Shown: positions 1 through 7,410 of the stretch, piece by piece
Numbering within the stretch: the first letter of the stretch is position 1
How the letters are laid out: each line of letters opens with the position of its first letter
From: a virus
Taxonomy: Duplodnaviria; Caudoviricetes
IMG/VR virus record: IMGVR_UViG_3300036832_000493
Location: 2,085 to 66,084 of that record
Reading direction: 5' to 3' (one strand)
Length of the DNA: 64,000 nt
Position numbers and translations under genes: made by a program
The notes under the pieces: model-generated
Seen by the model: only the letters and a program-made list of their open reading frames with translations
What the model was told of the DNA's origin: nothing
Databases searched by the model: none

Positions 1-1
1 C

Positions 2-187
2 GCCATCGGTGAACTCTCCGCCTACCTCTGCGACAGCAACGTCGATGCCGAGAACTGCGAGCGCCACGAGCCGGGCACGCTGGTCTACTGGGAGTGCATG
101 TACCGCTCGGCAGCGATGGCCGCTGGTGGCCGCGCCGAGGAGTACAAGCTCGACATCAACGCCCTCATTGGCCGGGTGATCTACTGA
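2..187 (+). CDS. hypothetical early protein (5'-truncated by window)
   Basis: Open frame AIGELSAYLC...GRVIY*; its TGA overlaps the next ATG (TGATG). Confidence 0.6.
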   Translation, partial: AIGELSAYLCDSNVDAENCERHEPGTLVYWECMYRSAAMAAGGRAEEYKLDINALIGRVIY

Positions 188-414
188 TGATCACCGACCA
201 CGGCATCACCTGCATCTACTACGGCGCCGCCGAGGACATGATCGAGGAGGTCGGCGCGCTCGACTGCCGCGATTGGACCGGCGACGGCTTCTACGTGATG
301 GCCTGCGGCGATGCCCAGTTCGACACCGAGGCCTTCCCGACGCTGGCCGAAGCCCGCGCCCACGCCAAGGACTACGCTTCGCACTACGCAGGCGTCACCA
401 TCTCCGAAATCTGA
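187..414 (+). CDS. hypothetical early protein
   Basis: ATG coupled to upstream stop; MITDHGITC...; phage-typical codon usage. Confidence 0.7.
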   Translation: MITDHGITCIYYGAAEDMIEEVGALDCRDWTGDGFYVMACGDAQFDTEAFPTLAEARAHAKDYASHYAGVTISEI

Positions 415-433
415 TCACAACCGCACACAAGGA
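411..433 (+). repeat. intergenic cassette-junction repeat CTGATCACAAyCrCACACAAGGA, copy 1 (others at ~735-757 and ~1257-1281; partial at ~1032-1044)
   Basis: Near-identical sequence joining a stop codon to the next AAGGA RBS at three gene junctions. Confidence 0.8.
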
Positions 434-441
434 ACACCGAC

Positions 442-738
442 ATGACCACGACCACCCTCCCCGCTGCCCGCACCGTCCGCTGCTGGATCGAGACCGTCAC
501 CACGATCCGTGGTACCCGCTTCCGCGTCGTCGAGGAGGGCATCCTGTTCCCCGGGCGCCGCAACGCCGTCCGCGACACTTGGGCCCAGCGCAGCAGCGCC
601 CGTGCCTACATCAACCGGCGCGGCGGCGCCTTCGTCGCAGGCCCGTGCCCGCTGCCCGCCGTCAGCGAAGCCGAGCGCGCGGCCTACCACGCCGACAGCG
701 CGGCGCGCCGCGCTGCGGTCGCCGCCAAAGCCGCCTGA
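442..738 (+). CDS. hypothetical early protein
   Basis: AAGGA RBS upstream; 98 aa. Confidence 0.75.
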   Translation: MTTTTLPAARTVRCWIETVTTIRGTRFRVVEEGILFPGRRNAVRDTWAQRSSARAYINRRGGAFVAGPCPLPAVSEAERAAYHADSAARRAAVAAKAA

Positions 739-765
739 TCACAATCGCACACAAGGAGAATGCCC

Positions 766-993
766 ATGAACCTGTTTGACCTGTTCGCCGAGGAAGAGGC
801 CATCGCCATCGCGGCGGCGCGCACCGACATCGCCGCCGAAAACGCCGCCTACGCCGCCCTGAGCCCCTCTGAGCGCAATGCGCGCCGCGAGGCTTACGAG
901 ACCCAGTGGTCGTTCCTCGACACGCTGTGGGAGGCTGAGGACGACGCTGAGGACGAAGACGAGGACGAAGACGACGACAGCGAGTACGACTGA
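766..993 (+). CDS. small acidic protein with poly-D/E tail
   Basis: AAGGAG 7 nt upstream; ends EAEDDAEDEDEDEDDDSEYD. Confidence 0.75.
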   Translation: MNLFDLFAEEEAIAIAAARTDIAAENAAYAALSPSERNARREAYETQWSFLDTLWEAEDDAEDEDEDEDDDSEYD

Positions 994-1053
994 CCCACTA
1001 CCCGGGGCTGCGGCCCCGGGCACCCGACCCCGACCACACAAGGAACCTCAACG

Positions 1054-1260
1054 ATGAAGCTCTGCAACAAGTTCGCCGACACGCCGTGGGGGCCGCTCCA
1101 GCTGGAGCAGCACAGCGGCGGCAAGTTCCTCGTCACCTACGGCAAGGAGCAGCGCAACTGGCTGCTCTACGCCGATGCCGCCTACGAGTACGGATGCTGC
1201 ATCATGCACTGGCTGGCCTGCGAGGGGAAGCTGGACAACCAGCCCAGTCCAGCCCTCTGA
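1054..1260 (+). CDS. hypothetical early protein
   Basis: AAGGA RBS; 68 aa. Confidence 0.7.
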   Translation: MKLCNKFADTPWGPLQLEQHSGGKFLVTYGKEQRNWLLYADAAYEYGCCIMHWLACEGKLDNQPSPAL

Positions 1261-1291
1261 TCACAACCACACACACAAGGAACCCGAGATC

Positions 1292-1558
1292 ATGAACAAG
1301 GAACGCCGCAAGGCCATCACCGCCGCCACCGCTCTCGTCGAGGCCGCCCGCAACGCGATGGACGAGGCCCGCGTCGCCATCGAGGCCATCCGCGACGAGG
1401 AGCAGGAATACTACGACGCGATGCCCGAGAGCATCCAGTCGGGCGAGAAGGGCGAGGCCGCCCAGACCGCCATCGAGACCCTCGACAACGCCATCAGCGA
1501 GCTTGAGAACTTCGACTTCGACGGCGTCATCAACCAGATCGAGGAGGCCGCCGCGTGA
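1292..1558 (+). CDS. acidic coiled-coil hypothetical protein
   Basis: AAGGA RBS; MNKERRKAI...EEQEYYDAMPESIQSGEKGE, a recurrent phage family pattern. Confidence 0.8.
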   Translation: MNKERRKAITAATALVEAARNAMDEARVAIEAIRDEEQEYYDAMPESIQSGEKGEAAQTAIETLDNAISELENFDFDGVINQIEEAAA

Positions 1559-1908
1559 ACGCGTACCTGCCCGTCCTGCCCGGCCAGTACGTCGTCTGCC
1601 ACACCGAGTACGGCGCGTGCTACGACGTGCGGCGCGCCGATCAGGTCGCGGCCAAGACCATCTACACCGGAGGCCGGTATGGCGGCTTCCGCACCCCGCG
1701 CGCCGACGTCCTCGGCGCTTTCGAGACCGAGATCGGCGCCAAGGCGCTGTGCGACGCGCTGGCCGTCGTCCACACCGAGTTCATGACCGACGTGGCCGTG
1801 GCGCGGGCCACGCTCCTCCGCGCGCTCGACACCATCGACGCGCGCCGTGCAGAAGCCCTGCAGGCGGTGCTGGCACGCTTCGGCTGCCTGCCCCCGGAGG
1901 AGACCTGA
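1555..1908 (+). CDS. hypothetical protein
   Basis: GTGA overlap with upstream stop; 117 aa. Confidence 0.7.
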   Translation: MNAYLPVLPGQYVVCHTEYGACYDVRRADQVAAKTIYTGGRYGGFRTPRADVLGAFETEIGAKALCDALAVVHTEFMTDVAVARATLLRALDTIDARRAEALQAVLARFGCLPPEET

Positions 1909-2183
1909 TGGCCTTCTCCTCCACCTTCGCCCGCCAGTGGACGACCGAACTGACCGACCGGGGCATGGCCCTGCGCGATGCCCGCCTCACCATCGACGTG
2001 TCCCAGCACGCGGTCGACGAGGGCCTGCAGGCGCTGGGGCGCGTCTGCGCCGCGCTGCCCACCAACGCCACCCGCATCGCGGCGGGGATCGTCGCGCTGC
2101 GCTGCATCAAGAGCATGACCGAGACCAACCTCGAAGACCTCGTCCGCCACATGCTCCACGACGACGGGCGCGACCTCATATGA
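1908..2183 (+). CDS. hypothetical helical protein (probable paralogue of 2642-2905)
   Basis: TGATG coupling with GGAG RBS. Confidence 0.7.
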   Translation: MAFSSTFARQWTTELTDRGMALRDARLTIDVSQHAVDEGLQALGRVCAALPTNATRIAAGIVALRCIKSMTETNLEDLVRHMLHDDGRDLI

Positions 2184-2196
2184 AAGTCAAGTCCCC

Positions 2197-2475
2197 ATGA
2201 CCACCAAGAAACCCTTCGGACCCGACGACCGCCTGATCATCGACCCCCAGCTTGGCGACGTCGTCGTCGCTGCGCTGGAGCGCATGACCGGGGTGGACTG
2301 CCATATCATCCTGATCGCGCTGCCCGTCGTGGACGAGGACGGGGACGGGTTCACTCTCGGCCAGCCTTCGTTCGTCACCAGCCTGCTGCCCGACGAGATG
2401 AAGGTCATGTTCGCCACGCTCGCGGACCTTGTCGCCGGAGCGGGCGAGCCGACCATCCAAGGCACCTATCCGTGA
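2197..2475 (+). CDS. hypothetical protein
   Basis: 92-aa ORF within the operon. Confidence 0.65.
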   Translation: MTTKKPFGPDDRLIIDPQLGDVVVAALERMTGVDCHIILIALPVVDEDGDGFTLGQPSFVTSLLPDEMKVMFATLADLVAGAGEPTIQGTYP

Positions 2476-2642
2476 AAGCCGCTGCCGTCGCAGCCACGAT
2501 CTGCGGCGCGGTCTGGTACGTCTGCGCGAGCCTGATCCTCGATCAGTGGAACCCGCTGCACTGGGACACGGGCACCGTGTTCACAGGCGCCGCGCTGGTG
2601 CTGCTGGCCGCAGGCGTCGCCATCTCAGGAGAGATACTCTGA
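2472..2642 (+). CDS. small two-TM membrane protein
   Basis: GTG start overlapping upstream stop; MKAAAVAATICGAVWYVCASLILD...GAALVLLAAGVAISGEIL (not in the ORF track, 56 aa). Confidence 0.6.
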   Translation: MKAAAVAATICGAVWYVCASLILDQWNPLHWDTGTVFTGAALVLLAAGVAISGEIL

Positions 2643-2905
2643 TGCCCCTGACCCCTGAATACCTGCAATCGAAGATCGCCGAGTGCATCGCTAACGGCGC
2701 GTCACCCGCTCAGGCCCGCGAGCTTGTCACGCGCGCTCACGAGGGGGTCAACGCGGCCCTCCAAGCCTGTGCCGAGGCCTGCGCCGAGGCCTCGACCGAG
2801 GAGATCGCGGCGCTGGCCTCGCTGCTCGCCCTGAAGTGGATGGAGAGCGCCGCCGCCAGCGAGGGCGCCGCGCTTGCGGCTCACCTCCAAGCAAACCCCA
2901 ACTGA
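2642..2905 (+). CDS. hypothetical helical protein
   Basis: TGATG coupling, AGGAG RBS; MPLTPEYLQ... Confidence 0.7.
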   Translation: MPLTPEYLQSKIAECIANGASPAQARELVTRAHEGVNAALQACAEACAEASTEEIAALASLLALKWMESAAASEGAALAAHLQANPN

Positions 2906-2925
2906 GATAATTTTCACCGGGGGGC

Positions 2926-2969
2926 TTGACCACCACAAGCAGGTGCTTTACCTGAGCGGTGTCAGCAAC
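2926..2969 (+). promoter_or_regulatory. early promoter/operator copy 1: TTGAC-N6-AAGC-N4-GCTT-TA ... GTCAGCAAC
   Basis: TTGACcaccacAAGCaggtGCTTta; GTCAGCAAC starts 35 nt after the -35 start; motif occurs 9 times, always upstream of + strand genes. Confidence 0.85.
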
Positions 2970-2980
2970 GGAGACACCCG

Positions 2981-3700
2981 ATGACCAAAGCTCAAGAACG
3001 CGCCGCCGAAGTCCTCGCCAACCGGAAGGCGGCCTACCTCAAGAAAGTCCACAGCCTGCTCGGCCACCTCGCTCGCAACGCCGTGCTCAAGGAAGCCGAT
3101 CTCGCCTTTCGCGATGGCCGCAGCGCCGACGACTTCGCCGCCGAGGTCGCCGCGCGTGAGCCTGTCGGCAAGGCCGTCCACGCGCTCAAGGCCGATGCCG
3201 TCGCCAGTGCCGAACTCGATGCCCGCGACGTCGTCGAGCGCGTCCGCACCGATCTCGAAGCGCACGGCTGGGACGTCCACGCCGTCGCGCCCTATCCGTC
3301 GAACCGGGTGCTCTACGACCGCGCCGCCTACGCCCGCGCCAAGGCCAAGTACGGCCTGTACAACCGCCTGATCATGGACGACCCCAAGTTCGGTTATCAA
3401 GGCAGCCGTAGCGGCGACCCCCGCATCGTCGTCATCAACCCCACCTCTGCCGAGCGCTTCGTCAACGAGGCGCGCGAGATGGCCGCCGCCAACTACGACG
3501 CCTTCATCGTCAAGCTCGTCGGCAAGACCGGCAAGGACGTCGTCTCGGCCAAGCTCGACGGCAACCACGTCTGGGGGCACTCGACCCTGATCATCATCCG
3601 CAAGGACGGTCGCACCGAGCGCTGGTTCACCCAGCAGATCGTCAACTACTCGGGGCTCGGCACGCCCTACAACCAGTGGCCGACACGTTTGCTCAAGTAA
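2981..3700 (+). CDS. hypothetical protein (paralogue of 14578-15249)
   Basis: Directly behind promoter and GGAG RBS; 239 aa. Confidence 0.85.
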   Translation: MTKAQERAAEVLANRKAAYLKKVHSLLGHLARNAVLKEADLAFRDGRSADDFAAEVAAREPVGKAVHALKADAVASAELDARDVVERVRTDLEAHGWDVHAVAPYPSNRVLYDRAAYARAKAKYGLYNRLIMDDPKFGYQGSRSGDPRIVVINPTSAERFVNEAREMAAANYDAFIVKLVGKTGKDVVSAKLDGNHVWGHSTLIIIRKDGRTERWFTQQIVNYSGLGTPYNQWPTRLLK

Positions 3701-3757
3701 TTGCCCCTAGGGTGCCCTCCGGGGCATCCTACAGCGCCTCAACCAAGGAGAACGACC

Positions 3758-3949
3758 ATGAAGTCCGTGAACGCCCGCGCCATCGCCACGCGCCTCGCTC
3801 TGAAGGAGGAAGCCGCCTTCCTGCTCGAACAGAACAACTTCGTCGCTCATCAGGCCATCATGGAATACCTCGGTGCCGCCGACGACGACAGCCTCGTGCA
3901 TTTCCACAGCCTGATCATGAACTACACCCTGCTCCGGGGTGACGACTGA
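3758..3949 (+). CDS. hypothetical protein
   Basis: AAGGAG RBS; MKSVNARAI... Confidence 0.7.
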   Translation: MKSVNARAIATRLALKEEAAFLLEQNNFVAHQAIMEYLGAADDDSLVHFHSLIMNYTLLRGDD

Positions 3950-4281
3950 TGACCGACACCATCCGCATCACCCGCCAGTCCGACGCCGAGCGCGCCAAGA
4001 CCCTCTGGCGCGAGGTCGAGGTCACCAACTGGGACCATCGCCCCTCGTGGCGGCGCTACGGCACCGGTACCGCGATCTTCAAGCTCTCGGCCTGCGTGCG
4101 CGGTCCAGACCGCCAGCCTGCCGTCGACATCAGCGCCAGCGAGGGCGCTTACTCGGAGGGCGCCAACGCGCGCTACACCTCGAAGCAGGTGATGATGAGC
4201 TTCACCGACGAGGCCGCGTTGGCGCTCTACGAGGTGCTGCGCGAGGCCTTCGAGCCCGTCACTGAGGAGAGCCAGCCATGA
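3949..4281 (+). CDS. hypothetical protein
   Basis: TGATG coupling; 110 aa. Confidence 0.7.
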   Translation: MTDTIRITRQSDAERAKTLWREVEVTNWDHRPSWRRYGTGTAIFKLSACVRGPDRQPAVDISASEGAYSEGANARYTSKQVMMSFTDEAALALYEVLREAFEPVTEESQP

Positions 4282-4673
4282 GCATGAAACCCGTCGCCTT
4301 CGACCTCGGCCACCTTGGTTGGCACGATCACATGGGCTGCGCGCTGCTGTGCCCCAGTTGCGAGGGCAACAACCTCCACCTGTGCGAAGGGCGCGTCGCC
4401 ATCGACGGTCAGGGCGACGACGGCGCGTCCTTGGATTTCTGGTGCGAGGGTTGCGGCGGCAACGATGACGTCCCCCTCTGCACCCTGTCCTTCACCAACC
4501 ACAAGGGCACCGTCTACACCACCTTCGAGGTGGATGACGACGTGCTCCTCGCGATGAAGATGGCCGACCGGATCGATCCGTATCAAAAGCACCCGGACAC
4601 CTTCGGCCAGCTTTACGCCCGTATCCAAGCTGCCGTCGCCGAGGCGTACCGGGACAAGGGCACCGATCAATGA
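4278..4673 (+). CDS. Cys-motif (CxxC x2) putative zinc-ribbon protein
   Basis: CPSCEG...WCEGC; ATGA overlap. Confidence 0.7.
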   Translation: MSMKPVAFDLGHLGWHDHMGCALLCPSCEGNNLHLCEGRVAIDGQGDDGASLDFWCEGCGGNDDVPLCTLSFTNHKGTVYTTFEVDDDVLLAMKMADRIDPYQKHPDTFGQLYARIQAAVAEAYRDKGTDQ

Positions 4674-5008
4674 GCGGCGAGGCCGCACGCGACCGGGGCG
4701 TCGCCCGGGTGCTGAACAAGGAAAGCGCGCTCTGGCATGCCAACTACGTCCGGTTCTGCGCCGAGTGGTTCTGGGCGCTGCCGCCGGGCGCGACCTTCAA
4801 GGGCGAGGAACTGCGGCTCAACGCGCTCAGGCGCGGCCTGCCCGAGCCGCACAACCCCAACGTCTGGGGTGCGGCCTCGCTGGGCTACCTGAAGGCCCTG
4901 TTCACCTGCGGCATGGCCGAGACCGTCGGCACGTCCAAGGCGCTGTCGGCCAAGTCTCACGCTCATCAATACCGCATCTATCGCAAGCTCGGGAAAGGGG
5001 ACGCTTGA
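4670..5008 (+). CDS. hypothetical protein
   Basis: ATGA overlap; 112 aa. Confidence 0.7.
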   Translation: MSGEAARDRGVARVLNKESALWHANYVRFCAEWFWALPPGATFKGEELRLNALRRGLPEPHNPNVWGAASLGYLKALFTCGMAETVGTSKALSAKSHAHQYRIYRKLGKGDA

Positions 5009-5029
5009 CCGCCTAAAGTGATTGCTTCA
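5005..5029 (+). promoter_or_regulatory. promoter/operator variant upstream of the RAMP-like gene
   Basis: TTGACcgcctaAAGTgattGCTTca: same geometry as consensus with one mismatch in the palindrome. Confidence 0.7.
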
Positions 5030-5059
5030 AGAACACCGTACTCAACCAAGGAACAGATC

Positions 5060-5665
5060 ATGGCACAGAACCCCGCTGTCGGCGGCGACCAGCTTTCGAC
5101 CCTTAACATCCGCCTCGACGGCGCGTCACCTTTGCTGATGCACAGCACCACCGGCATGGACCCCACCAACCCGCTGGCCCGCGAGATCAGGGCCCTGACC
5201 AGCAAGCAATCCAAGCAGAAGACCGACGAGGACGGCATCGAAATCCAGCGGATGGAGTTCATTCTCGGCCTCTACCGCAACGCCGAGGGCCCGGTCATCA
5301 AGAGTGACATGCTGCTCGCGGCGATCCGCGACGGAGCCAAGCAGATGCGGCAGGGCCGCGAGATCACGCGCTCGGTGTTCTGTTTCGATCTCGACCTGCC
5401 GCTGATCTACGACGGCCCCAAGACCTCCGAGGGCCTGTGGAAGGACAAGCGCTTTGTCGACGCCCGTTCGGTCAAGCTCAAGGCCGCGCGCGTCCTGCGC
5501 ACGCGCCCGATCTTCACCGACTGGGCGCTGGAGGCGGAACTCCATTTCGACGCCGACTACCTCAACCGCGACGACCTGTGCCGCGCGATCAGGGTGGCGG
5601 GAAGCCGCGTCGGCATCGGTGACTACCGCCCGATCTTCGGGAGGTTCGATGTTGCTTTCCTCTGA
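5060..5665 (+). CDS. stand-alone RAMP/Cas7-like RNA-binding protein (Vipr-like candidate effector)
   Basis: AAGGA RBS; 201 aa with RAMP hallmarks: N-terminal strand LNIRLDGASPLLMH, PVIKSDMLLAAIRDGA helix (cf. IPGSSLKGALR) and C-terminal Gly-rich loop AGSRVGIGDYRPIFGRFDV. Confidence 0.75.
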   Translation: MAQNPAVGGDQLSTLNIRLDGASPLLMHSTTGMDPTNPLAREIRALTSKQSKQKTDEDGIEIQRMEFILGLYRNAEGPVIKSDMLLAAIRDGAKQMRQGREITRSVFCFDLDLPLIYDGPKTSEGLWKDKRFVDARSVKLKAARVLRTRPIFTDWALEAELHFDADYLNRDDLCRAIRVAGSRVGIGDYRPIFGRFDVAFL

Positions 5666-6122
5666 CTTCGACGCGGTGAAGGCGGCTGCGGAGGTAGCCG
5701 CCCTCATCTCCAGCGGCGGCATGGTGCTGTCCGAGCGCGCCCGCTTCCGCATCCTTGGCATCATCCACCCGGATGACCTGAACGAACCGTTCGACCGCGC
5801 CGCGTACGATGAACTGCGGATGGCCGCTGTCGAACGCTGGCGGCTGGTTCACGACATCTGCCGCCGCACTTACAACTTCGGCTTCGCGCGCGGTGCCAAC
5901 CGGGGGCACATGCGCCTTCCCGTCGAGGAGGACGTCGAATACAGCTTACGCCGCAGACTGGGTGAGGCGCGCACCGCCTTGGACCGTGCGCGGTTCGAAG
6001 TAGATCACAGCGACGTCGAGAGCATGAGCGACGTTGAACGCGCCGAGCGCGCTAATGCGCTGGTGCGGCTCACCAACTACCGGGCGGCCCTCGATGGACG
6101 ACGCAGGCGGCTCTGGGCATAA
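5649..6122 (+). CDS. unknown 157-aa accessory protein between the RAMP-like gene and the pentamer array
   Basis: GGAGG RBS and ATG inside the 3' end of the upstream gene; MLLSSDFDAV...RRRRLWA; stop is 3 nt before the array. Confidence 0.7.
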   Translation: MLLSSDFDAVKAAAEVAALISSGGMVLSERARFRILGIIHPDDLNEPFDRAAYDELRMAAVERWRLVHDICRRTYNFGFARGANRGHMRLPVEEDVEYSLRRRLGEARTALDRARFEVDHSDVESMSDVERAERANALVRLTNYRAALDGRRRRLWA

Positions 6123-6125
6123 CAG

Positions 6126-6757
6126 GGCATGGCGCGGCATCGGCGCGGCAGGGCTAGGCTCGGCATGGCCCGATCCGGCGGGGCTGGGTTCGGCAGGGCG
6201 GGGCATGGCAGGATACGGCATGGCAAGGCAAGGAGCAGGGGGCTGCGAAATTCCAAGGCGCGGCTCGGCGTGGCTGGGCGGGGCTGGGCGGGGTGTGGCA
6301 CGGTTAGGCGGGGTTCGGCCAGACAAGGCAAGGCAAGGAACGGGGGATGCGAAATTCCAAGGCGCGGCTGGGTCTGGCTCGGCGCGGTTTGGCGTGGCAG
6401 GGCGCGGCATGACCCGGCTTGGCACGGCATGGTACGGCATGGCAGGGAACGGGGGCTACGAAATTCCGAGGCGTGGCTGGGTCAGGCGGGGCGAGGCGCG
6501 GCAGGGCAAGGCAGGATGGGGCAGGGCAAGGGACAGGGGCTACGAAATTCCGAGACGCGGCTCGGCGCGGCTGGGTCTGGCTGGGCATGACAGGGCAGGG
6601 TCAGGCGTGGCGGGGCGCGGCTTGGTCTTGGTGAGGCAGGGTTCGGCCCGGCAGGACGAGGCAAGGAACGGGGGCGTGAGTTTCCAAGGCGTGGTTTGGC
6701 GGGGCTCGGCATGGCGGGGTTTGGCAGGGCGCGGCACGGCACGGCAAGGCATGGCAA
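6126..6757 (+). ncRNA. GGY-NN pentamer guide-like array: six tracts separated by five conserved linkers
   Basis: Tracts 6126-6231 (21 pentamers), 6257-6336 (16), 6361-6445 (17), 6470-6529 (12), 6554-6664 (22), 6688-6757 (14). Linkers 6232-6256, 6337-6360, 6446-6469, 6530-6553, 6665-6687 (consensus GGAACGGGGGCTrCGAAATTCCrA). The repeat structure is directly visible; RNA function is inferred. Confidence 0.8.
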
Positions 6758-6776
6758 GGAAAATGGCTAAAGGGGG

Positions 6777-6821
6777 TTGACGACTGCAAGCACCCGCTTG
6801 TAAGACCCCCTCGTCAGCAAC
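6777..6821 (+). promoter_or_regulatory. early promoter/operator copy
   Basis: TTGACgactgcAAGCacccGCTTgt ... GTCAGCAAC. Confidence 0.8.
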
Positions 6822-6840
6822 TCTCAAGGACACCTCGACC

Positions 6841-7182
6841 ATGTCATACTGCCCGCACACCAACACCGACGTCCGCAACCGCTTCCTCGGCGGCGGCGAG
6901 CCCCTCCCGCTCCTGCTCGGCCAGTTCTGCAACTACCACGCCGCAGGCGTGTTCGAGTACTCCGAGCGGCTGCCGGGCCAGTTCCCCGAGGACTTCTGCC
7001 CCGACTACCAGCACGTCATCTACCTGATCGACGGCAACGTCCGCCTCGCCCGTGTGCTCCAGACCGTCGCCCACGTCGTCATCGACGAGAACGACCACGG
7101 CGCCGTCGTCGAGCGCTGGAAGCTGCGCGGCCACCGCCACTACCCCACGGACTGGGTCTACGAGCCGCTCGTGACAGCGTAA
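6841..7182 (+). CDS. hypothetical phage protein
   Basis: Promoter plus AAGGA RBS; 113 aa. Confidence 0.8.
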   Translation: MSYCPHTNTDVRNRFLGGGEPLPLLLGQFCNYHAAGVFEYSERLPGQFPEDFCPDYQHVIYLIDGNVRLARVLQTVAHVVIDENDHGAVVERWKLRGHRHYPTDWVYEPLVTA

Positions 7183-7410
7183 GCTGTCACATCTCTGCCA
7201 CCGAGACAGAAAAACCGGCGGGCGGGGATTGACCCCGACCACAACAAAGCGCTTTATGCGCATCCGGTGCGGGGCAAGCCGCTTTGCGGCTGATCCTCCT
7301 CCTGACGTCGCAGATTTTCTTGTTCTGTAAGGAAGCTGAAAAGCCCCCGGCGGGCGGGGTTCGTGGGCCCGTCAGTCTTGTCCATCGGTCAGGAATGTAA
7401 GGAACACGCA

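Noticed and set aside
6126-6757. Canonical CRISPR array, simple microsatellite or G-quadruplex-only element
   Set aside because: The spacer-equivalents are themselves periodic and 60-111 nt long, and no cas1/cas2 is present. The NN diversity and conserved linkers argue against a slippage satellite. G4 formation is possible but does not explain the linkers or the adjacent RAMP-like gene.
5946-6932. Long Gly/Arg/Ala- or Pro-rich ORFs on both strands across the pentamer array (e.g. 6034-6780 +, 5946-6440 -)
   Set aside because: The period is 5, not 3; several frames are open only because GGY-NN rarely creates stop codons; there is no RBS and no codon bias. These are artefacts of a non-coding repeat.
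7229-7256. TTGAC...AAAGCGCTTTA as a tenth promoter/operator copy
   Set aside because: The spacing is wrong (21 nt instead of 18 to TA, no N4 gap) and there is no GTCAGCAAC leader.
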